DNA of 64,000 nucleotides. Origin: Nitrosopumilus sp. (GTDB taxonomy: Archaea; Thermoproteota; Nitrososphaeria; Nitrososphaerales; Nitrosopumilaceae). The position numbers were made by a program, and so were the translations under genes. The DNA lies in contig OZ244651.1 of the NCBI GenBank assembly GCA_965218695.1, positions 1,152,001 through 1,216,000 of the forward strand, read 5' to 3'. Shown piece after piece: positions 20,819-30,355 of the stretch. Under the pieces are notes generated by a model. That model did no database searches, was not told the origin of the DNA, and worked only from the letters and a program-made list of their open reading frames with translations. Numbering within the stretch: position 1 is the first letter of the stretch; each line of letters opens with the position of its first letter.

Positions 20819-22603
20819 TCACTTGTAGTAAAAGTCGCCTGATGCCTTCTGGCTCTTGTCCAGCCTGCTTCCGGCCTTGTTTACGCGGGGCCTGAGGCTC
20901 CTCTCGTCCCTTCTAAAGGAGATCTCCAGGGATTTGAGAAACCTGTTCATGGCCGCAGCCTTTGGCATGGGGGAGGTGGCATGGCCTGCCACGCCCGACT
21001 CCCCTTCAAATATTACCATGCTGTCTGAGATTAGGTCCATCAGCTGCAGGTCGTGGTCTATTACTATTGCCGACTTGCCAAACGAGCGGACGAACTTTTG
21101 CAGGAACTTTGCCACTGCGATCCTGTCCTCTACGTCTAGGAACGCAGACGGCTCGTCTAGTGCGTACAGGTCCACCTTCTGCAGCAGGCATGATGCCACT
21201 GCGACCTTCTGCAGCTCCCCTCCGGACAGGGATCTTGTCTGCTTGTTGTAGAGTTTTTTGATCTTTAGCGGCTCCAGAATCTGCTCTTCTTCGGTGCTGC
21301 CCTCTATGGAGGCGCCGTTTGCCCTCTCAAGCACGGCTATCACCTCTGCTGGAATGTCTCCCTGCAGGTACTGCGGCTTGTATGCTATCTTTACGTTCTG
21401 CTTGATGCTGCCGGTATCCGGCTCCACGTTCCCTGCAATCATCCTCATCATGGTCGTCTTGCCAAGGGCGTTTGCGCCCATTATCCCCAGGACCTCGCCC
21501 TTCCGCACCCGTCCCGGCTCCACTGCCACTGAAAACGAGGGATAGCTCTTGGTGATGCCGGGGTATGAGACTGTATCGCTTCCCTCCTGGAATATGTCAG
21601 TTGATGAGGAGGATGCATCAAAGGAGAACTTTTTGTCCCTGAACCTGACGTTTTCGCCTGGCAGGTACCCGTCAAGGAACACGTTGATCCCTACCTTGGT
21701 TGAAAGAACGCTTGAGACTATCCCGTATGCTGCAGGCTCCCCGTACAGCACCTCTATGTGATCGCTCAGGAAATCAAGCAAGGTGAGGTCGTGCTCGACT
21801 ACCATCACGCTCCTTCCAATGTCTGCCAGCCCCTGTATCACGCGGGCCACAGACGTCCTCTGGAATACGTCGTTGTACGAGGAAGGCTCGTCAAAGAAGT
21901 AAAACTCGGCGTCACGGGAGGCTGCCGCTGCCACTGCCAGTCTCTGAAGCTCCCCGCCGCTGAGCTCGGCCAACGGCTGCTCCATGGAGTTTTTCAGGCC
22001 CAGCTCCCTTACCATCTCACGCGATACGCCCCTCTGATCGTACCTGTCCAGCAGCTCCCTTCCGGTCCCGGTAAAGGCCTGCGCGATGCTGTGTACCTGC
22101 TGGGGTTTCATCGAGGCGCGGATCTGCTTTTGCATGATCATCTCAAAGTGATGTTTTAGTTCGGTTCCCCCGTAGTACTTCAGAACCTCGTCCCATTCCG
22201 GGGGTTCCTCGTACCTTCCAAGGTTCGGCTTTAGGCTGCCGGAGAGTATGTTGATGACTGTGCTCTTTCCCATCCCGTTTCTCCCCAAGAGCCCGACTAC
22301 ATGGCCCTTCTTTGGCGCCGGAAGCCTGTAAAGCCTGAACGAGTTGGGGCCGTACTGGTGAATCTTGTCTGTTGCAAGCTCTGTTGCCAGGTTTACTATG
22401 GTGATTGCATCAAACGGGCAGACCTTGACGCATATGCCGCAGCCGTTGCAGATGTCCTCGTCTATCCTGGCCTTCTTTGTCCCCTCATCGAGTGCTATGC
22501 AGTCTGCGCCCGATTTGTTGACCGGGCAGTACTTTATGCACTCCAGGCCGCACTTTCTTGGCATGCACAGCTCCTTGTCAAGTACTGCAACGCGGTGTGT
22601 CAT
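20819..22603 (-). CDS. ABCE1/RLI ribosome recycling ATPase
   Basis: N-terminal Fe-S motifs (CIKYCP, CNGCGICVKVCP) and two ABC domains with LSGGELQ; start MTHRVAV. Confidence 0.97.
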   Translation of the reverse strand: MTHRVAVLDKELCMPRKCGLECIKYCPVNKSGADCIALDEGTKKARIDEDICNGCGICVKVCPFDAITIVNLATELATDKIHQYGPNSFRLYRLPAPKKGHVVGLLGRNGMGKSTVINILSGSLKPNLGRYEEPPEWDEVLKYYGGTELKHHFEMIMQKQIRASMKPQQVHSIAQAFTGTGRELLDRYDQRGVSREMVRELGLKNSMEQPLAELSGGELQRLAVAAAASRDAEFYFFDEPSSYNDVFQRTSVARVIQGLADIGRSVMVVEHDLTLLDFLSDHIEVLYGEPAAYGIVSSVLSTKVGINVFLDGYLPGENVRFRDKKFSFDASSSSTDIFQEGSDTVSYPGITKSYPSFSVAVEPGRVRKGEVLGIMGANALGKTTMMRMIAGNVEPDTGSIKQNVKIAYKPQYLQGDIPAEVIAVLERANGASIEGSTEEEQILEPLKIKKLYNKQTRSLSGGELQKVAVASCLLQKVDLYALDEPSAFLDVEDRIAVAKFLQKFVRSFGKSAIVIDHDLQLMDLISDSMVIFEGESGVAGHATSPMPKAAAMNRFLKSLEISFRRDERSLRPRVNKAGSRLDKSQKASGDFYYK

Positions 22604-22707
22604 GGTGTGGTGTTGATGGCACCTTTGTTTATACCTACTTTGAGGCGACTGCCCTGTGCACGCGGCCGGCGTTACGTTAATAGATGAGGGTTTGGTGCTG
22701 ATATTCA

Positions 22708-22823
22708 AGCCGGCCATAGCGTCAGGGTGCGACCCAATCCCATTCCGAACTTGGAAGTCAAACCTGATGTCGCTGTTGTGCTACTAAGATGCGAGAGCCC
22801 TTGGGAAGCAACAGTGCTGGCAT
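22708..22823 (+). rRNA. rrf: 5S rRNA
   Basis: GCCGGCCATAGC...CCCATTCCGAAC..GAAGTCAAAC...GTGCTGGC; termini pair; ~115 nt. Confidence 0.92.
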
Positions 22824-23619
22824 TTCATTATAGTCTGGGTTCTGTACGTGGTGGCACGCTTACAGGAGAATACCCCGTGTGCTGTAGCCCATCCAATCTT
22901 CTGAATCCCCGGATGCCTCTTGTTGCCGCTCTGGGCATACATTTTAACGCGCATGCCATGGAACCGCTCAAAACGAAATGTGTATGTTTTCTGTCTTCCC
23001 AAATATTGCAGAATGGAAAAATATCACATTCCGGAAAACATGGATTTTGGATTTCCCCGACCGTCATCATTTTGCCTCTCTGATCTTTTCTTGTATTTTC
23101 TGTTGCGTGGATTCTGCCTGACCCCCATGTTGCAGCAGTTACAACCATCTTGCCAAATTCTCTGTTACAGCATGCTCTGTACCTGCATTATGGCGTATTT
23201 TTACTATTTTAAAAAAAACGATTGATTACGCATGAGTCATATTCTGAATTAAACAATTTTCTTAAACATCTAAAGTTAGGAGTCACATAAAAATTAACCT
23301 TTTTATTTGAATTGTGGAACCTAAGCTCATGGGAGAGACAAAAACATTATCGAGGAGGGATTTTCTTAAGTTAATAGGTGCGGCTGGCGCCGGTCTTGCA
23401 TTTACTCCCTTCGTTCCCTTTGGGAATTTCATGCCGAACCCCAGCACGATCAGTTTTGACAAAACCGCGATCTATCTTGAGAGCACAAAAAAACAAGCTA
23501 ATGTCAGCACAGTTCCCGTGAATTATGGGGAGACCATAAGTTATCCTAGAACCAAAGATCCCGTACTTGATGCAGAACCTTTTCGTAAATGGCAATTCAT
23601 CAGACTTCCCGAAGAACTA

Positions 23620-24719
23620 TAGTGAAAAGTGAAAGTTCGTTCCAAGTTCGGCACCTCACCGAAAGCTATGTAGATCATCTGGTCGCCTAACGCGGCATGA
23701 GCAAAGTAACACGGGAAGAACTCGAAGCAGCATACAAAAAAGAAAAAGACCTCAGGGTGGGAGTTAGAATGCTTGCAGTGCACATGGTATATTTTCGCAA
23801 AGTGAGCATGGATGATGCAGCCGTCAGCCTTCTGCGATGCCCGCGATGGGTGCGCAACTGGCTGGAACGCTTCGAGAAGGGAGGCCTTGAAGGCCTCCGG
23901 GATCTTCCCAGATCCGGCAGACCGCCCAAGATTTCGCCGGAAGCGATGGACGGCATACTGGACAAGGTAGACCGGTTCAAGACCACTCCTGCCGAACTGC
24001 AACAGGTCATACACAAGGAAACGGGAACAAGGATGCACAGGACGAATGTCAGGAAAATCATGCAAAAATACGGCCTGTCTCCCAAGGAGTCGCAAAAAAT
24101 CCACATCAACAGGGCCACCAAAACGGCCGTAAAAAGTTGGCAATATCGCCTCAAAAAGAGAATTTCACGCCTAGAAAAGGACGGTTTTGTCCTGGCCGTG
24201 CAAGACGAGGCGTTCTTCATACACGACGTAAAATCGGGTCGCAAGTATTGGTCGCCTGTGGGGGTGCCAATAACCGTACCATATACTGGAAGCCACAAAA
24301 GAATTGCCGTGTACGGCTCAATCACGACGGACGGCAGGCAGTTCTTCAGGACTGACAGCGGGTTTAACGCGCCCACTTTTGTTGCGTATCTCAAGGCCAT
24401 GCAGAGGCATTTTGGGAAGGTGGCCGTCATGGTGGACAGGGCGTCCCCGCACCGCGCAAAAGCCGTCCGGACGCTGCTGCGCGAGAACAGGAACATCAGG
24501 ATCATATACCTGCCAAAAGGCTCACCGTATCTCAACGCCGTGGAAGAATGCTGGCACCAGGGAAAACGGAACCTGCTTGTCTCAGAATACTACAAAACCT
24601 TCTTGGACATGCACAGGGCCATCTCCCAGTATTATCGAACTGCGAGATTCAATCCGGATTTGATCAAATACTTTAACAGAAAAGCTGAATTATTTTGCAA
24701 GAACTTTTGATCGCCACTA
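23620..24719 (+). mobile_element. IS630-family element A
   Basis: TAGTG...CACTA ends flanked by duplicated TA. Confidence 0.92.
23697..24710 (+). CDS. IS630-family transposase
   Basis: RSGRPPK, QDEAFF, VDRASPH, YLPKGSPYLNAVE. Confidence 0.93.
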   Translation: MSKVTREELEAAYKKEKDLRVGVRMLAVHMVYFRKVSMDDAAVSLLRCPRWVRNWLERFEKGGLEGLRDLPRSGRPPKISPEAMDGILDKVDRFKTTPAELQQVIHKETGTRMHRTNVRKIMQKYGLSPKESQKIHINRATKTAVKSWQYRLKKRISRLEKDGFVLAVQDEAFFIHDVKSGRKYWSPVGVPITVPYTGSHKRIAVYGSITTDGRQFFRTDSGFNAPTFVAYLKAMQRHFGKVAVMVDRASPHRAKAVRTLLRENRNIRIIYLPKGSPYLNAVEECWHQGKRNLLVSEYYKTFLDMHRAISQYYRTARFNPDLIKYFNRKAELFCKNF

Positions 24720-24911
24720 TAGGTGGTGCAAAAAATGATGTCTCGTCTTTTCGGACATATAGCAACATATGCCTACATCTTTGGTGTTTGTGGGAATACA
24801 AAGCCGATGAAATGAATGGCGCCTGTCCTTGTCATGGGAGTATCTATGATGTAAGTAATGGAAAATCCATTGCAGGGCCTGCTTCTGTTCAAGCAGAACC
24901 GTCAAACGTTT

Positions 24912-26437
24912 GTAAGTGTTCACGTCGTGCCTAATTCAGTTCACTCTTGGGTAAATTTTGTGCAAACCACAGATCCAAATAGGATGGTAATCCAAACCCG
25001 ATGTGAAAAGCCAGGCTGAACTCAAAAAGATGTACACGGATCTCAAGACTGAGAACATCAAGCTCAAGCAGACGATTGAGATGCAAGGGCAGATAATTGA
25101 GGAATTGAATCTGGCAGTTGCTGATCTTAAGCGCAGGCTGGTGCGGCATGACAATTACAACACCCCGTCATCACAAAAAAGGGGGCCCGGATGGCCTGAC
25201 ACAAAGGGAAAAGGCGACGAAAAGAATGCCTACAATAAATCCACAAAAGCCTCCCGGGATCAAAAGGACCGCGTGGATGCGGCCGGCAGCGGGAAGTCGC
25301 GCGGGGGGCAAAAAGGCCACATGGGCCGCACCCGCAAGCCAAAACCCACCGAGTTTGAGGAACACACCCCGGAGGCCTGCCCCGAATGCGGCTCGGGTAG
25401 CCTTTCCATAGTGCAGTCAGAAAAACGCGACATTACCAGGGTGGAGCGCACGATAAAGGTCATCACCACGCGCCACACCATAAACACGTGTCGCTGCTCC
25501 TGCGGTCTGGTGGACATCAAGCCCGAGACCGGCCTTCCAGACAAGGGCAGCTACGATCCGAGCATAACGACTGATGTTGCAGACGATTACGTGTGTCGCA
25601 TGCCGTTTAGGATGATCGCAGACCGCATGTCGCGGTACGGAATTACACTCTCCTCGGGCACGGCGCACAACATAATGCGCAGGCTGGGAACGTCGCTGGG
25701 CGCCCCTGCGGCAGCCATTGCCGCCATGATACGCAAGGCCAAGATACTGCACGCCGACGAGACATCGATTCACCTAAACGGCCGCAACGTCTGGGTGTGG
25801 ATACTGCACGATCCGCTGACCGGGCACGCGCTGTACGTGATACGGGACAGCCGGGGGGCAAAGGTTCTGAAAGAAGCGCTTGGGGGTTGGGACGGCACGT
25901 TAGTGTGCGACGGCTGGACGGCGTACGGAAAATACCGCGTCCAGCGCTGCTGGTCGCACATAATACGCGAGGCCAGGGACATCTGCAACCGCAATCCGGA
26001 CTGCCCAGGCGCGCGCAACGTCCTGAAGCACCTGCGCATAATCTATGATTATGCCAGAAGGGCAAGCAGGAAACGCTCGCGCTCTCTCCGGGACAACGCG
26101 TCTGCCATGCTGACGTCATGCATCGAAAAGATCGTTGCAAGGTACGCCGACGATCCAATATTGGAAAAATTCATGGTCAAGATCAGCAATGCTGGCAGCG
26201 ACCTGTTCCGGTTCGTGCTGAACCCAAAGATCCCGCCTACAAACAATGCTGCAGAACGCGGGTTGCGCGAGATAGTCGTGCACAGAAAAATACGGGGCAG
26301 CATAAGGGCAGAGGAGACGATGACGTGGATGGCGAATTTCTTTTCATGTGTAATGACATGGAAAAACAAGAAATTGGATTACTTGGCGGAGATTGCAAAA
26401 TACGCCTAAAAATGAGTTAAACCACGTGAACACTTAC
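24912..26437 (+). mobile_element. IS66-family element type B, copy 1
   Basis: IRs GTAAGTGTTCACGT / ACGTGAACACTTAC; 8-bp TSD AAACGTTT at 24904-24911 and 26438-26445. Confidence 0.95.
25003..26409 (+). CDS. IS66-family transposase
   Basis: NTPSS, GGQKGH, CPECG, HADETS, CDGW, QRCWSH, PTNNAAERGLR. Confidence 0.93.
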   Translation: MKSQAELKKMYTDLKTENIKLKQTIEMQGQIIEELNLAVADLKRRLVRHDNYNTPSSQKRGPGWPDTKGKGDEKNAYNKSTKASRDQKDRVDAAGSGKSRGGQKGHMGRTRKPKPTEFEEHTPEACPECGSGSLSIVQSEKRDITRVERTIKVITTRHTINTCRCSCGLVDIKPETGLPDKGSYDPSITTDVADDYVCRMPFRMIADRMSRYGITLSSGTAHNIMRRLGTSLGAPAAAIAAMIRKAKILHADETSIHLNGRNVWVWILHDPLTGHALYVIRDSRGAKVLKEALGGWDGTLVCDGWTAYGKYRVQRCWSHIIREARDICNRNPDCPGARNVLKHLRIIYDYARRASRKRSRSLRDNASAMLTSCIEKIVARYADDPILEKFMVKISNAGSDLFRFVLNPKIPPTNNAAERGLREIVVHRKIRGSIRAEETMTWMANFFSCVMTWKNKKLDYLAEIAKYA

Positions 26438-26567
26438 AAACGTTTTACCATTTTTGGAGATGGAGATTGATTCAGATGGAATGATGTGGATTTTACCGCC
26501 AACCTTTAATGCCGATGGCAATGGCATAGTTGGATATGGGCGATTTTTGTAACCCTCTAAGATCACA

Positions 26568-26589
26568 CAGAACCCGCGTCAGGGTTCTG
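26568..26589 (+). terminator. Possible stem-loop downstream of the Rieske gene
   Basis: CAGAACCC-GCGTCA-GGGTTCTG perfect 8-bp stem; no U tract. Confidence 0.3.
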
Positions 26590-27126
26590 CCGCATTTACC
26601 ACCACGCATTTTGCAATTCATTTACTAGACCCAACTGTCCTTGTGGGTGACCATGAAATATTGGGAAAATACGCATAAGATCTATTGGTTGTTTCCACAA
26701 TGGATTGATGTTTACGCTGGCAGCGGGATTAACCGATCCCATTCCATAGATCTTTACACTGAGCTGAAATGCGTACGGCGTGGGAGCATCTTTTTATAGG
26801 GGGTTAATCTAACAATATTAATTCTAATTTGTTCAGATTCTTTCCAGTGCATGTGAAAATTAATTTTTAATTTCTTAATATGTTTCAATATGCCTGAAAC
26901 CATTTTTTGTCCATCCTCATAATCATCCGAACCCAGACGCAATCGTGCCTCGTCTGTGTATTTTATTAATTTTTTTTATTTCTGCGTATCTTTCGTAAAT
27001 AATCTCCCGTCACCTGCCATTCCACAAGATACTCTTTTGCAAGTTCCTGTATCCTTTTGTCTATCGGATTCATGGCATCGCCATGCCGCTGCAATATTAA
27101 TATCCCCCCACACCATTCCACCAGTC

Positions 27127-27255
27127 ATGCCAGTATGCGCTGTATGCGGGGAATCCTGCGAGAATGACATACGCTTCCTCAACCACATGATGGAAAAGCA
27201 CAGCTGGCGCAACCCAAACGTTGGCAAGCCTGACAGGAACAGCCGGGGCTACTAG
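27127..27255 (+). CDS. 42-aa C2H2 zinc-finger microprotein
   Basis: MPVCAVCGESCENDIRFLNHMMEKH = C-x2-C-x12-H-x4-H; TATA-like ATATTAATA ~25-30 nt upstream. Confidence 0.65.
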   Translation: MPVCAVCGESCENDIRFLNHMMEKHSWRNPNVGKPDRNSRGY

Positions 27256-28679
27256 AGATTCTGCAGATAGTCAAGGATCAGCCTTACGCCAAAGCCGGTC
27301 GCGCCCTTTGGGTTGTACGGCTTCTTCTTGGTGCCTGTCTGCGTCCATGCGACTCCTGCAATATCAATGTGGATCCACGGCGTCTCCTCTATGGCGTTTT
27401 TCAGGAATGCCGCAGCCGTAATGGTGCCTGCGGCCCTCCCAATACCGATATTTTTCATGTCTGCCACATCGGATTTTATCATGTCCATGTAGTCCTGGTT
27501 CAGCGGCAGCTCCCAGACCTCCTCGGACGTCCTCCTGGAGGCCTCCATTATCCTTGCGGCCTCATCTCTGTCGTTTGAGACCATTCCTGCCACGTTGTTT
27601 CCCAGAGCGACAATGCACGCGCCTGTCAGCGTGGCAAAGTCGATGATTGCCCTGGGGTGATAGTGCCGCTCCCCGTAGGAGAGCGCATCTGCAAGAATCA
27701 GCCTCCCTTCTGCATCCGTATTGAGAATCTCTGCTGTCTTTTTGCTGTACAGTTTGATTATGTCCCCGGGCCTGTACGAGTCCCCCCCGGGCATGTTTTC
27801 CACGGCCGGCACTATCCCGACCAGGTTCACCCCGAGTCCAATCTCTGATGCGGCCTTGAGAATTCCCAGCACGGTGCATCCCCCGCACTTGTCAAACTTC
27901 ATCTCGTCCATCTTCTCGCTTGGCTTGATCGAGATTCCGCCGGTGTCAAATGTCACGGCCTTTCCCACCAGGACCGTCGGTCTCTTCCCCTTTGCGCCTC
28001 CGTCATACTCCATGATTATCAGCCTGGGACCGTTGCTGCTCCCCTGCCCCACTGCCGTAATTCCGCCAAACCCCCTCCTCTTGAGTTCGGCCTCTGTAAT
28101 CACCCTGCACTTGATCTTGTTCTTCCTTGAGATCTTTTTTGCCAGGCCGGCCAGCACCGCAGGGGTGCACTCGTTTGGAGGCATGTTGGCAACGTTCCTT
28201 GTAAACACGACCCCGTCTGAAACGATGCCTGCTGTCTTGGCCGCAGGCCCCGCCCCGCTTGGCGCCACCACCGTAAAATCAGGCAGCGCATCGCCCTTTT
28301 CTGACTTGAACCTGTCAAACCTGTACAGCGACATCACGACTCCCTCGACTATGCGGGAAGGTGATGCGTCTCCATCCGGTGAAACTATCGAAAATTCTTT
28401 TACCCCGAGATTTGCCGCCTTTTGCGCAATCCTGCCTGAGACGAACCTGACCGTGTCCTCTGTTGTCTCCTTGCCAAGCCCTGCAAGCAGTATCCTCCGG
28501 TGTTTGGCATTCGGGGAATAGACCACGCATGTCGCCCCCATCTTCCCCTTCATGTCTGCAAGCGCTCGTCTTGCCTCCTGCGGCATCTTGATCTTGTCAA
28601 ATCCAGGTACCTTGTCTCTCCCCTCGTACACAAACCCGCACAGCATCTCTGTCTCTTCTACGGATTCTGCAATCCTCAT
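27252..28679 (-). CDS. pepA: Leucyl aminopeptidase (M17)
   Basis: GKAVTFDTGGISIK, MKFDKCG, NTDAEGRL, ATLTGAC, HIDIAG. Confidence 0.96.
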   Translation of the reverse strand: MRIAESVEETEMLCGFVYEGRDKVPGFDKIKMPQEARRALADMKGKMGATCVVYSPNAKHRRILLAGLGKETTEDTVRFVSGRIAQKAANLGVKEFSIVSPDGDASPSRIVEGVVMSLYRFDRFKSEKGDALPDFTVVAPSGAGPAAKTAGIVSDGVVFTRNVANMPPNECTPAVLAGLAKKISRKNKIKCRVITEAELKRRGFGGITAVGQGSSNGPRLIIMEYDGGAKGKRPTVLVGKAVTFDTGGISIKPSEKMDEMKFDKCGGCTVLGILKAASEIGLGVNLVGIVPAVENMPGGDSYRPGDIIKLYSKKTAEILNTDAEGRLILADALSYGERHYHPRAIIDFATLTGACIVALGNNVAGMVSNDRDEAARIMEASRRTSEEVWELPLNQDYMDMIKSDVADMKNIGIGRAAGTITAAAFLKNAIEETPWIHIDIAGVAWTQTGTKKKPYNPKGATGFGVRLILDYLQNL

Positions 28680-28740
28680 CAAGACATAATCCCCAAATGC
28701 GCTATTTAGAGCATGCCCCGGCATGCTGCAAACCCTATCC

Positions 28741-28998
28741 CTAGGATCCCATTCCGGGCGTTACCATTCCCCCGTACCCGGGATCGATCTTCTGCCTTGG
28801 ACTCAGCGTGGTGTCGTGGTGACACGCCTTGTTGCACACGGGACAGAACTTTCTGTCCAGAGTGATGCACTGACATATGTGGTTCTTGACGTATGCCTGT
28901 GCGGCCTGGTTCCACTCGCCGGTACCATTACAGTACACGCACATGCCTGATGTAATTCTGCCCGTCCCCCTGCAAAAGTCGCACTTGTCATCTCCCAT
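28741..28998 (-). CDS. Small Cys-rich zinc-binding protein
   Basis: Two DnaJ-like CxxCxGxG motifs plus CxC/CxxC/CHH. Confidence 0.75.
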   Translation of the reverse strand: MGDDKCDFCRGTGRITSGMCVYCNGTGEWNQAAQAYVKNHICQCITLDRKFCPVCNKACHHDTTLSPRQKIDPGYGGMVTPGMGS

Positions 28999-29043
28999 GA
29001 CACTATCTTCAAACCCGTACGCTTTAAATCATTGTCCCGCATA

Positions 29044-30256
29044 GGGTGTGTCCTAGAGGCATATACCCCCGGATGACAAAAGATATGGATCGGCGGATCA
29101 CGGCATCGCCTAATGACTACAAAGAAACGCGACCAACGACAGTACGATTTGGTTCAGCAGTACCTGTCGGGCCTCATGCTGAATACCGTGCTGGGAATAA
29201 TCAAGAATCTTGGGGATCCGTACGCCGTCAGGCCCGGCCTGGGCGGCATGACGGCATACCCGCCTGGCGCCATGGCAGCTGTCTGCATCATGCTTGAGGC
29301 ACAGCGCACGACCTACCGTAAGATGGTCGGCATCCTCCGAAACAATAGCGCCATGGCAGCCAAGATGGGCCTAGAGAAAATTCCCTCCAAGAGCACGATA
29401 GCACGCGCCTACGGCCTGATCCCGGAATGGTACCTGGCAGAGGCACACCGGATTGCCATCAGGGAGGTGGAGGCAGGCTCCCTGGCAGCAGACGGTACCG
29501 GATACTCGTACCTGCGGTTTGTCAGGTGGTTTGACGTCAGGACCGACAGTTTTCGTACCAGAAAGGGATGGGTCAAACTGCACGCAATCGTGGACATACG
29601 CACCAGGGTGATAATCGACTGCATGGTGACTGACAGCGCAGTGGCAGACATAAACGGGCTGTACGCGATGCTCGGCAGGTTAGGCCGGGGCACCGGCGAC
29701 TTTTGCCTGGATTCTGCATACCTGGCAAGGCTCATGTGCAACATGATATCTGCGATGGGAATGGTGCCCCGCATCAAGCCAAAATCCAACACCATACGCA
29801 ACGCCAGGGGAAGTCAGTCGTGGCGCGAGATGGTAAGCCTGTACATGGATGACAAGGACAGGTTTGATTCGCAGTACCACCAGCGCAGCATCATCGAGGC
29901 AGTCTTTGCAGCCCTCAAGAAGATGTACGGGGACAGCACCAGGTGCCGAAAACACGAGAACCGGACAAGGGAGACTGCGATCCGTGTCATGTGCTACAAC
30001 GTCGAGCTCGTGGCCAGATTGCAGGCAAAAGACGGCAGGCTCACACAGGATCAAATCGCGACACTTGCAGCGTAACCGGCGCGTCTTGACACGCGCCTCC
30101 TAGCGGAGCCTCCGCACCGTGTCTTGGATTTGGGGGATTTTATGGGTTGTGAAAGATTGACGGTGCGGCACTGTTGGCGTCGACGGGTTCTGGCACCAAT
30201 CATGTCTTTGGCATCTTGGCACATGAAATGGCATTTTTTATTACTAGGACACACCC
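29044..30256 (+). mobile_element. IS5-family element, copy 2 (intact)
   Basis: IRs GGGTGTGTCCTAG / CTAGGACACACCC; 9-bp TSD TCCCGCATA at 29035-29043 and 30257-30265. Confidence 0.95.
29113..30075 (+). CDS. IS5-family DDE transposase
   Basis: Close homolog of 298-1260. Confidence 0.92.
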   Translation: MTTKKRDQRQYDLVQQYLSGLMLNTVLGIIKNLGDPYAVRPGLGGMTAYPPGAMAAVCIMLEAQRTTYRKMVGILRNNSAMAAKMGLEKIPSKSTIARAYGLIPEWYLAEAHRIAIREVEAGSLAADGTGYSYLRFVRWFDVRTDSFRTRKGWVKLHAIVDIRTRVIIDCMVTDSAVADINGLYAMLGRLGRGTGDFCLDSAYLARLMCNMISAMGMVPRIKPKSNTIRNARGSQSWREMVSLYMDDKDRFDSQYHQRSIIEAVFAALKKMYGDSTRCRKHENRTRETAIRVMCYNVELVARLQAKDGRLTQDQIATLAA

Positions 30257-30355
30257 TCCCGCATAACTCCATGACATGCATGTCTGCCCAATCCGGCACC
30301 ACACTATTTATCCTACGGAAGTAGATTTTTATTCAATTTGTCAAGACACGATACG

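Larger units (their letters stand above)
23329..26552 (+). pseudogene. Tat-exported Rieske 2Fe-2S protein split by two IS insertions
   Basis: Pieces 23329-23619 (SRRDFLK), 24722-24911 (CLHLWC, CPCHGS) and 26446-26552 join in frame to ~195 aa. Confidence 0.92.

Noticed and set aside
23620-24719. IS within the Rieske gene acting as a self-splicing element
   Set aside because: Ordinary IS630 almost fully occupied by transposase; no room or motifs for a ribozyme, and its end introduces a stop.
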